Source of the DNA: a candidate division WS6 bacterium GW2011_GWF2_39_15
Lineage (GTDB): Bacteria > Patescibacteriota > Dojkabacteria > SC72
Assembly: GCA_000993565.1 (NCBI GenBank)
Contig: LBWK01000001.1
Location: 4,695-68,694 of the forward strand
Reading direction: 5' to 3'
DNA: 64,000 nt
Shown here: one piece after another, positions 56,256 to 64,000 of the stretch
Layout: each line of letters opens with the position of its first letter
Position numbering within the stretch: the stretch's first letter is position 1
Position numbers and translations under genes: made by a program
Notes under the pieces: model-generated
What the model saw: the letters and a program-made list of their open reading frames with translations, nothing else
Told to the model about the DNA's origin: nothing
Databases searched by the model: none

Positions 56256-57194
56256 TTACTTAGTCTTTAAATTCAAATATTTAAGTACAGCAAAGTAGCT
56301 ACTCACTGAGCCGAAAAACACTCCGATACCGATTTGGATAAGAAGAAAGACAAGTGTGAAGAGGGGATCAAAACTTTTAAGGTAGGGGAGTGATAAATCG
56401 TTAAGTATCTGGGAAACCCAGTAGTGGAAGTCAGAGCCGTATAAGAAGTGCATTGCCAAATACCACGGAAGAAGTATCAGGGTAGAAGATATTATTCCTC
56501 CGGTTATGCCGTAAAAAGCCCCTTCGAGTATAAAAGGTACTCTAATATATTGATCAGTACTGCCAACGAGGTGCATTATTTCAATTTCGTTCTTGTGAGC
56601 AAGTATATTAAAACCAATTGTAACCATAATTAATGAGAAGGATATCGCGGCCAGCCCCGTGATCAGAATAATTGCTGCATAGCTAATAAACTGTGAAAGG
56701 GCTTTAATATTGTCTAGAACATCCTTGAAGTAAAAGACTTCGTCGACATAAGCATTTCTTTCCTTCTCCTGGTTGATATTTTTGATTATAGTTTGCAGAT
56801 TACCGATTGTTTTAGCACGTATATTTAGACTAGGCGGGAGGGTATCAGCAGTTATCGTTTCAACAAGGTCTGGATCGTCCTCAAAGTCTTGTTTATATAT
56901 CTCCAAGGCCTGTTCCTTGGACACATACTCGATATTTTCTACAATCTCACTATCATTTATTTTATCCCTGAACTTAAAAATTTCAGCTTCGGGAGCTTCC
57001 TTTTTGAAGAAAACAATGACTTGAGCCTTCTTTTCATAATATGAGACCGTTTTCTGGCCAATAATTGCAAGACCAATAAATGAAGCCGATATTGTAAAGA
57101 CAATTGATATTACAAAGATAGTTGATAAGGAAAGCCACTTATTTCTTATGAGATTAGTTTTCGTGGATTTTAGTAATCTGCTTAGTGTTTCCAT
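56256..57194 (-). CDS. ftsX: Cell division permease FtsX
   Basis: 4-TM FtsX topology with a periplasmic domain between TM1 and TM2; directly downstream of ftsE. Confidence 0.75.
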   Translation of the reverse strand: METLSRLLKSTKTNLIRNKWLSLSTIFVISIVFTISASFIGLAIIGQKTVSYYEKKAQVIVFFKKEAPEAEIFKFRDKINDSEIVENIEYVSKEQALEIYKQDFEDDPDLVETITADTLPPSLNIRAKTIGNLQTIIKNINQEKERNAYVDEVFYFKDVLDNIKALSQFISYAAIILITGLAAISFSLIMVTIGFNILAHKNEIEIMHLVGSTDQYIRVPFILEGAFYGITGGIISSTLILLPWYLAMHFLYGSDFHYWVSQILNDLSLPYLKSFDPLFTLVFLLIQIGIGVFFGSVSSYFAVLKYLNLKTK

Positions 57195-58186
57195 TATTCT
57201 TTTAGGTTATTTTTAACTACGTCCTCAAGAACTTCAAGCTGGTCTTTTTTCAGACCCATTCTTTTGAAATCTTCCTCGGTCATATCTAGAAGCTTTTCTA
57301 CTGTGTTCAGATTTTCTTTCTCAAGCCTTCTTGCGAGCTTTTTATCTCTTTTTACAATCTGATTAATAAACTGATTATCTTCCCTTTTGTGAATATCAAT
57401 TTCCCTATCGTTTGTATCATCGTCTGTAGAAGCCTTTTCATTCAATCGTTTGAGAAATGATGGTTTTTTTTCAGTGCTTACCTGCGGTTTATATGAGCCT
57501 CCCTTTTCGTCTCCAACTATTTTCCCCTGATTCATCCGAAGGACCCTTTTCTGCATCTTATCTACAATAACATCATCGTGAGTAATTACAATAACTGTTG
57601 TACCCCATTCGTTAATCGCCTGCAGAATATTCATGATCTCTCGTGCGTTTTCAGGATCCAGATTGCCTGTTGGTTCGTCTGCAATAAATAGTTTAGGATC
57701 ATTGGCCAGTGCTCTTGCAATTGCGACTCTTTGCTTCTCACCACCTGAAAGTTCTTGTGGAAATAGGTGTGCCCTGCCTTTGAGATTTACTATATCAAGA
57801 AGGTAGTTTGTTGTCTCCGCAATTTCACTATCCTTCCTATTAGTAATCTCAAGTGCGAACTCTACATTTTCGCTTACGGTTTTAGATTCAATCAGTTTGA
57901 GATCCTGAAAGACTACCCCAAGCTGCTGCCTGTAAATTGAGAGCAGTTTTCTGGGAATGGATGTTACGTTTATATCCTGAAACTGAATACTTCCCTGTGT
58001 TGGAAACTCCTCTTTAATCAGTAGACGAATAGCAGTAGATTTTCCGGCTCCAGAAGGGCCTACAATGAAGGTGAACTCTCCCGGGTCAACAATAAAAGAG
58101 ACCTCGTCCAATGCTATGATCCCCCCGGGGTATATCTTTGATACTTTATCGAAGTTAATTATTGGCAGATTTTTTTCTTTATCCAT
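57194..58186 (-). CDS. ftsE: Cell division ATP-binding protein FtsE carrying a ~100-aa C-terminal extension with an HhH-like motif
   Basis: GPSGAGKSTAIRLL, LSGGEKQRVAIARAL, LFIADEPTGNLD. C-terminal tail ...NLNTVEKLLDMTEEDFKRMGLKKDQLEVLEDVV. Confidence 0.8.
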   Translation of the reverse strand: MDKEKNLPIINFDKVSKIYPGGIIALDEVSFIVDPGEFTFIVGPSGAGKSTAIRLLIKEEFPTQGSIQFQDINVTSIPRKLLSIYRQQLGVVFQDLKLIESKTVSENVEFALEITNRKDSEIAETTNYLLDIVNLKGRAHLFPQELSGGEKQRVAIARALANDPKLFIADEPTGNLDPENAREIMNILQAINEWGTTVIVITHDDVIVDKMQKRVLRMNQGKIVGDEKGGSYKPQVSTEKKPSFLKRLNEKASTDDDTNDREIDIHKREDNQFINQIVKRDKKLARRLEKENLNTVEKLLDMTEEDFKRMGLKKDQLEVLEDVVKNNLKE

Positions 58187-58196
58187 ACCCTACATC

Positions 58197-59279
58197 TTAC
58201 TGTAATCTGACCTGCGCTTCAACAAAGGCTTCAAGGTCTCCATCAAGCACTTTTTCGGCATTACTTGTCTCTATACCTGTTCTCAGGTCTTTTACTAATT
58301 TATATGGATGAAGAACATAATTTCTGATTTGATTCCCCCATCCAGCAATTTTATGCTCACCTTTGATATCTTTCATTTCATTATCACGCTTTTCCTCCTC
58401 CAACTGCCAGAGCTTTGCTTTAAGTATCGTTAAAGCGGTCTTACGGTTCTGTGACTGATCACGTCTCTCAGAAGAATGTACTGTTATACCTGTTGGTATG
58501 TGTGTTAGTTGAATTGCTGAAGATGTTTTATTCACATGTTGTCCGCCTGCTCCGCCTGCCCTTACGGCTTTGATATCAAGGTCTTCGCTTTTAATTACAA
58601 TGTCAGTGTCATCATCTTCTATTACGGGAATTACCTCTACCCCTGCAAAAGAGGTCTGTCTCAAGTTTTGAGCATTAAAGGGGGAAAGTCGTATTAGCCT
58701 ATGAGTTCCAGCCTCCCTTTTTAGTTTCCCGAAAGCGTATCGTCCTTGAATGTTAAGTGTCGCAGTGCTTATTCCTGCTTCCGTGCCCTGAACCATATGT
58801 ATAATGTCGGCTTTCCATCCCATACGTTCTGCATATCTTATATACATTCGCATTAACATTTGTGCCCAGTCATTTGCTTCTGTACCGCCTTGTCCTGCAT
58901 GAATAGACAGAATTACGTCTGCAGGATCATATTTGCCGCTTAAAAACTTTAAAACCTGGAACTGATTAAATCTGCTTAGCAGGGTTTCATAGAGAGGGAT
59001 CAATTCATTCTGCTCTTCTTCCTTTGAGCCGTCAAACATCTCTATGAAGAGATCTATCTCCTCTTTTATCTTCGCCGCCTCATCAATTTCTGCTTTGATT
59101 GCATCCATTTCAGAAAGAATGATTCTTGCCCTGTTAGTATCTTTCCAGAAATTTTCTTCCATGGATTCGGTTTGAAGCTCTCCGAATCTTGATTTTTTTT
59201 CTTCAAGGTTTAAGCTGGCAATGGTACTATTGATTTCGGTACAAAGGTCTGTTAATTGACTTTTGCTTAATAGGTCCAT
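58197..59279 (-). CDS. prfB: Peptide chain release factor 2 (single uninterrupted ORF, no +1 frameshift)
   Basis: SPF tripeptide (RLSPFN) and GGQ (GGAGGQHVNKT). Confidence 0.85.
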   Translation of the reverse strand: MDLLSKSQLTDLCTEINSTIASLNLEEKKSRFGELQTESMEENFWKDTNRARIILSEMDAIKAEIDEAAKIKEEIDLFIEMFDGSKEEEQNELIPLYETLLSRFNQFQVLKFLSGKYDPADVILSIHAGQGGTEANDWAQMLMRMYIRYAERMGWKADIIHMVQGTEAGISTATLNIQGRYAFGKLKREAGTHRLIRLSPFNAQNLRQTSFAGVEVIPVIEDDDTDIVIKSEDLDIKAVRAGGAGGQHVNKTSSAIQLTHIPTGITVHSSERRDQSQNRKTALTILKAKLWQLEEEKRDNEMKDIKGEHKIAGWGNQIRNYVLHPYKLVKDLRTGIETSNAEKVLDGDLEAFVEAQVRLQ

Positions 59280-59329
59280 GTCAGTGTATTATTATATAAC
59301 CTTAAATTACAGATACTGCTCATTATCTC

Positions 59330-60985
59330 ATGTTTAGCTGGCTTTTCAAGAACACGAAAGAAGGAAAGGATAGAGGAGATACTCAAAAAATCAGGAAAGA
59401 TCTTGTCGTACTTTTAATACTAGACGGACTTGGAGTTCATCCGGATAAGTTGGGTAATGCCGTACTTCAATCTAAGACACCATTTCTCGATACCGCTTGG
59501 ACATATGGGCGTTCCACCCTTTTACACGCCTCAGGAACGCACGTAGGCCTTCCTCAAGATGAACCTGGGAATAGTGAAGTAGGGCATTTGAATATAGGTA
59601 GTGGTCAAGTGATCTATCAAAGTCTTCCGAGAATTAATGATGCAATAGCAAATGGAGATCTGGATGAAAATCCTGTGATCAGGGAGATGTTTGATGAGGT
59701 TAAGAAGCGTAAAAGTGACCTACATCTTTTTGGAATTCTTAGTGCTGGGGGAGTGCATGGTCATATTGAACATCTATTCCACCTTATCGATTTGGCTAAA
59801 AAAGAGGGTATTCAACCATATATTCATGCGATGCTTGACGGTAGAGATACAGGAGCCACTGACGGCTATTTTTATGTGAGTAAGCTAGTTCAGAAGATGA
59901 AGGAGACAGGAGTAGGGCGGCTTGCAACTATAATGGGAAGATTTTACGGGATGGATCGTGATAACAGATGGGAGAGAACTCATAGAGCATATAATGCCCT
60001 TGTAGGGATGGGAGAAAGGAAGGCTACAGATGCATATGCCCTGCTTCAAGAATGCTATAAAAAGGGAGAAAACGATCAGTTCATACTTCCCACTACACTT
60101 GTAGATGATAAGGGTATTCCTGTGGGAGCAATTAAGGATAATGATTCAGTCCTTTTCTATAATTTTCGCGAAGATCGTGCCCGTCAAATCACCAAGGTTT
60201 TCGTTCAATCGGATTTTAACAAGTTTCCCAAAGTGGTATCACCTAAGAACCTCTTTTTTGTGACAATGACTGGTTACGCTGACGATTTGCCAACGCATAT
60301 AGTTTTCCCGCCTAAAAAGATCACTGAAACACTCTCTTCTGCAATATCAAATAACCGCATGAACCAGCTACACATAAGTGAAACAGAAAAGTTCATGCAC
60401 GTGACATACTTTTTCAATGGTGGTGTTGAAGAACCTCATACCGGTGAGGATTTCTTCAATATCCCTTCTCAAAAGGTTTTTGACTATGCCACAGTCCCTG
60501 CTATGAGTGCAGAAATTATCAAAGACGAAGTGATATATAGGTTAAATAACCTTGATAAGAAAAAGTACTCATTTATTATCATTAATTTCGCTAACCCGGA
60601 TATGCTTGGTCATACCGGTAATCTTGAAGCCACAATTAAGGGTAATGGGATTGTTGATCAGTTTGCAAAAGAAATTGCCTTTAAAGTATTAGAGATGAAT
60701 GGGGCACTTATGATGATTGCAGATCACGGTAACTGTGAGACCATGATAGATCGTGTAACAAAAAGAGTTGATACAGCTCATACGAACAACCCTGTTCCAT
60801 TTGTTGTATTAAGCGATATTACAGAGTTGACCCTGGCCGACCCGAAAAAAGTTATCAAGATAGGTACAGGTGATAAGGCAACACCTACAGGAATTCTTGC
60901 TGATGTTGCTCCTACAATTTTAAATATATTAGGAGTTGAACCGCCTCAATCTATGACGGGAATTGATATCCTCTCTGTCGTTTAG
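59330..60985 (+). CDS. gpmI: 2,3-bisphosphoglycerate-independent phosphoglycerate mutase
   Basis: VLLILDGLGV, GNSEVGHLNIGSG, and the metal-binding blocks of iPGM. Confidence 0.9.
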   Translation: MFSWLFKNTKEGKDRGDTQKIRKDLVVLLILDGLGVHPDKLGNAVLQSKTPFLDTAWTYGRSTLLHASGTHVGLPQDEPGNSEVGHLNIGSGQVIYQSLPRINDAIANGDLDENPVIREMFDEVKKRKSDLHLFGILSAGGVHGHIEHLFHLIDLAKKEGIQPYIHAMLDGRDTGATDGYFYVSKLVQKMKETGVGRLATIMGRFYGMDRDNRWERTHRAYNALVGMGERKATDAYALLQECYKKGENDQFILPTTLVDDKGIPVGAIKDNDSVLFYNFREDRARQITKVFVQSDFNKFPKVVSPKNLFFVTMTGYADDLPTHIVFPPKKITETLSSAISNNRMNQLHISETEKFMHVTYFFNGGVEEPHTGEDFFNIPSQKVFDYATVPAMSAEIIKDEVIYRLNNLDKKKYSFIIINFANPDMLGHTGNLEATIKGNGIVDQFAKEIAFKVLEMNGALMMIADHGNCETMIDRVTKRVDTAHTNNPVPFVVLSDITELTLADPKKVIKIGTGDKATPTGILADVAPTILNILGVEPPQSMTGIDILSVV

Positions 60986-60986
60986 T

Positions 60987-61757
60987 TCAAAGGATAAAAA
61001 GGAAGATAATAAGTCCTAAGACTATTCTATATACACCGAAATATCTTAAGAATCTTGATTTGGATATCTTCTCAAGAAGGTACAAAGATAGGTAACCGAC
61101 TACAAATGTTATAAGGATACCTATTAATACTCTTGAATCTGAAAAAATGTTGATGCTATTGACATTCTTTATCATCTCGTAAACGAAGGAGCCAAAGAGC
61201 ACCGGCAGTCCCAATATAAAACTTAACCTTATTGCTGTGTACTGATCTAGGCCGGAAAGCATTCCTCCCAAAGTCGTAATACCTGACCTTGAGACTCCGG
61301 GGATTAAAGCTAGAGCTTGTGAGAGTCCGGAGATAAAGGTTTGTCTAAAGGTGGTATTTTCAATTTCAGATTCTACCTTCCTTTCTTTAAATCTTAAATC
61401 TGCAATGACCATTAACACACCAACAACGATGAGTGAGATTGCTACAACATAAGTCTCATGAAGCTGAGCTTCGATAGCATCACCCCATAGAATCCCTATA
61501 AGTCCTGCTGGTATGGATGCCAAAGCTATGTATATGTACAGTTTGAATTTCGAGGATATATTTGTAAATAGAAATTTCCAGTTGAATAAGACAATAGCTA
61601 GCGTTGTTCCTAAATGAAAGGTTGTAAGGGTAAAATTGGAGAGATTTTCTATATTCAATAACTTTGTTACAAGGATCAAATGTCCAGAACTGGAAATAGG
61701 CAAAAGCTCTGTAATCCCCTGTACTACAGAAAGAAGAATTGTTTGTATTAGATCCAT
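60987..61757 (-). CDS. uppP: Undecaprenyl-diphosphatase
   Basis: ELLPISSSGHL and PGVSRSG motifs; 8 TM. Confidence 0.85.
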   Translation of the reverse strand: MDLIQTILLSVVQGITELLPISSSGHLILVTKLLNIENLSNFTLTTFHLGTTLAIVLFNWKFLFTNISSKFKLYIYIALASIPAGLIGILWGDAIEAQLHETYVVAISLIVVGVLMVIADLRFKERKVESEIENTTFRQTFISGLSQALALIPGVSRSGITTLGGMLSGLDQYTAIRLSFILGLPVLFGSFVYEMIKNVNSINIFSDSRVLIGILITFVVGYLSLYLLEKISKSRFLRYFGVYRIVLGLIIFLFIL

Positions 61758-61781
61758 TATATTGATACTATAAACGTAGAA

Positions 61782-63452
61782 ATGAGAACTGTAAAGATAG
61801 TATACATAATTGGAGCAATTTCTGTAGTTTCACTTTTAGGAGTCTTTTTTCTAAAGAATCCTTTTCAACCACGTGTAGTGAATATTATAAATGATAATAC
61901 TCCGAAAACTGTTGAAAGAATTGGTAGTACACGGATAGTTCCTCCGCACTCAATAACTCTAAGCTTCCAAAAAATTGTCACGACTTTAAAGCCTGCAGCC
62001 GCAACTAAATTTTATACATCGCATGAAGAACATGAGCTTAAGTACGGTAAAGAACCTTTTAATTGGGATGAACCTCTGATTGAAGATAGTACATCAAGGG
62101 TTTTAAGCATCGTTGATCGAAAAATCATGTATACCAACCCTAATAATGACAAGGAAGTTATGGGTTTTCTCCCCTACTGGCAGCTTTCTAAGTACCGTCA
62201 ATTGCAATATGACAAACTTTCATCAATCTCATATTTCTCCCTTACTTGCTACGACAATGGTCAATGGGTGACAGACTCTTCTGATTATATAGGTTTCAAC
62301 TCAGCCTCGTTTACAAATATGGTTACCTTGGCGCATCAAAACAATGTTAAGGTGTATCTGGTGGTTAAGAACTTCCACAATCGCAGTATCCGTGATTTGG
62401 TCGCGAATAAAGGGGGTGCTGGGGAAGTCTTGATTAATAATATTGTTAATGCAGTCAGAACTAAAGGTTTGGATGGCGTTAATGTCGATTTTGAATATAT
62501 CCCTGACAGCTCCTATCCCGTAAATACAACGTTAAGGTCAAACTTTGTTAAATGGCATGATAATCTTGCAGATAGGATTCATGCCGAGTTTCCTGGTGCA
62601 ACCGTTAGCACTGATGTTTTCGGATCTTCTGCCGTTAGCTATTCTGCCTATGACATAGCCAATCTTGGAGCAACCTCATTAGATTATATTATGTTCATGA
62701 CATATGACTACATAACAACTTCTTGTTACGAAGGTAAGAAGGTAGCTCCTGAGTCGCCTCTATATGGAAACAATCTTTATGGTACACCCAACTGGAACGT
62801 CTCTTCGCATTTAACCGCAGCGGCAAGACTTGCGACTGCCAAGAAAGTATTAATGGGTATACCGTATTATGGAATTGATTTCGCTGTTAAACCCAATGAG
62901 TTTTCAAAATACAATGCTCTTGCTAATTATCCCAATTGTGGTGCTGGGACTGAAGTATATAGTTCAATTGTTGATCCTAAGTTTGATAACGTACATAACG
63001 CCTCAACAATAAAGTGGAACGATGTTGAAAAAGCCACCTGGTATGCATATCAGCTCAATGGAGAATACCGCCACGGATACTACGATGACCCTCGTAGCCT
63101 TCGAGCAAAATATGATTTTGTTCGTACCACTAAACTTGGTGGAATTGGAATCTGGGCTTTGGGTTATGATGCAGGGTACTCTGACTTATGGAATGTTCTT
63201 AGGGAGAAGTTTCAAACAGGACCTTTTGTTCTTGCTTTCACTTTGGCGACATCAAATTCTCGAGCAGTGCAAATTATGGATGAACTAAATGTTGATGTTA
63301 TCTCTCAGATCAGTAATAATGTCTGGGAAGTTAAACCGGAATCCGGGCTTACAAGCCTAAGTATTACAGCTGCTAAGAAGTATCCTGAGGTTGTAGTGGC
63401 AGAGTTTGAAAATACGGATTCAGATAGAGACGTAAATTTACATTTTGAATGA
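61782..63452 (+). CDS. Membrane-anchored GH18-family protein (chitinase/YaaH-like)
   Basis: N-terminal TM and the GH18 catalytic motif LDGVNVDFEY (DxxDxDxE). Confidence 0.65.
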   Translation: MRTVKIVYIIGAISVVSLLGVFFLKNPFQPRVVNIINDNTPKTVERIGSTRIVPPHSITLSFQKIVTTLKPAAATKFYTSHEEHELKYGKEPFNWDEPLIEDSTSRVLSIVDRKIMYTNPNNDKEVMGFLPYWQLSKYRQLQYDKLSSISYFSLTCYDNGQWVTDSSDYIGFNSASFTNMVTLAHQNNVKVYLVVKNFHNRSIRDLVANKGGAGEVLINNIVNAVRTKGLDGVNVDFEYIPDSSYPVNTTLRSNFVKWHDNLADRIHAEFPGATVSTDVFGSSAVSYSAYDIANLGATSLDYIMFMTYDYITTSCYEGKKVAPESPLYGNNLYGTPNWNVSSHLTAAARLATAKKVLMGIPYYGIDFAVKPNEFSKYNALANYPNCGAGTEVYSSIVDPKFDNVHNASTIKWNDVEKATWYAYQLNGEYRHGYYDDPRSLRAKYDFVRTTKLGGIGIWALGYDAGYSDLWNVLREKFQTGPFVLAFTLATSNSRAVQIMDELNVDVISQISNNVWEVKPESGLTSLSITAAKKYPEVVVAEFENTDSDRDVNLHFE

Positions 63453-64000
63453 TGAAGAGAGTAATCAAAAATATTTCTATATTGTTTTTTTTAATAATCC
63501 AAATCTCGTCAGCATTACTTCTTCCTGTAAGAACTGCTGCAGCTGAGGCCTTTATTTCTTCTCCAGCACAATATCCTGCCGATAAGGTTGACGATATTGC
63601 TTCTGATATTGTAGAAGGGAACAAGCTTCCACTTAAAGCCACCTTTTTTGCAAGTGGTGATAGTATCGTTGAAGAAAAATTTACAGTCTTTTTAAGAAAA
63701 TCATCCTCAAAAAATACTAGAGGTATCTTGAAAGCAGCTGATAAATACACTCTTGGTGATGAGTTTGGAGAATCTATAGCTATCCCGGTAACAATTGAAA
63801 ATAAGGAGAAAAGGGAAAGTATTCTTAATGAATTAGACGTAAATCCGGAAGTAATTGCGATTACACAAGTTGGAAGAAGGTTTGTAAGTGTTGTAAATGC
63901 TCCTAACGATCCGAAATATCCTCCTGCCGGAAACTTTACTGATACCTACCAATGGAATTTGAATCAACCTGCCTTAGGTAATTATGGAATTGATCTCTTA
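63449..64000 (+). CDS. Secreted subtilisin-like (S8) peptidase, N-terminal part (runs off window)
   Basis: Signal peptide, propeptide-like region, then DPKYPPAGNFTDTYQWNLNQ (a DPxY...QW subtilase N-terminal motif). Not in the ORF track because no stop lies in the window. Confidence 0.4.
   Translation, partial: MMKRVIKNISILFFLIIQISSALLLPVRTAAAEAFISSPAQYPADKVDDIASDIVEGNKLPLKATFFASGDSIVEEKFTVFLRKSSSKNTRGILKAADKYTLGDEFGESIAIPVTIENKEKRESILNELDVNPEVIAITQVGRRFVSVVNAPNDPKYPPAGNFTDTYQWNLNQPALGNYGIDLL

Noticed and set aside
58197-59279. Expected programmed +1 frameshift in prfB
   Set aside because: The RF2 reading frame is a single uninterrupted 360-aa ORF containing SPF and GGQ. No in-frame TGA or CTTTGAC-like shift site interrupts it, so this gene has no autoregulatory frameshift.
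1-64000. Mobile elements, CRISPR arrays, rRNA
   Set aside because: No transposase, integrase or recombinase-like ORF and no regularly spaced direct-repeat array were seen. No rRNA-like segments were noticed by eye.

Overview
This is a 64 kb, gene-dense, low-GC bacterial chromosomal window with about 70 protein genes on both strands and two tRNAs (tRNA-Gln(CTG) on +, tRNA-Asn(GTT) on -). I found no transposase or integrase, no CRISPR array and no rRNA. The core content is housekeeping: recA-recX-recJ, aspS, gltX, ileS, typA, ung, pepF, prfB-ftsE-ftsX-envC-like, gpmI, uppP, hpf, umuDC, ogt and a CarD/CdnL regulator. Two of the three aminoacyl-tRNA synthetase genes (aspS, ileS) sit behind sequences that fit T-box riboswitch leaders: a T-box motif, an intrinsic terminator and a codon-matched specifier candidate. 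The rest is dominated by predicted cell-envelope and secreted proteins; most have diverged far enough that only folds or motifs are recognisable. The most interesting region is a roughly 5.3 kb surface-protein locus at 13480-18723. It holds a 782-aa protein built from six internal repeats of about 100 aa plus a C-terminal domain; a divergently transcribed 169-aa secreted paralogue of that C-terminal domain; a beta-sandwich protein with a C-terminal membrane anchor; and an adjacent dockerin-bearing Cys-rich secreted protein with a membrane-anchored cohesin-like protein. Other points worth a second look are an AspRS fused to a C-terminal YbaK/ProX-like deacylase domain, GTATAC-centred palindromes shared by the recA and umuDC upstream regions (a candidate SOS operator), a sipW/tasA-like pair behind a 580 bp unexplained leader, three tandem paralogous small genes of about 140 aa each, and an FtsE with a 100-aa C-terminal HhH-like extension. 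The lineage is uncertain: a reduced, surface-protein-rich repertoire together with T-boxes, TasA/SipW, DUF1846 and long-form HPF fits a Patescibacteria/CPR-like or deep Firmicutes-like organism. All calls rest on motif and architecture recognition from the six-frame translations; no database search was possible.
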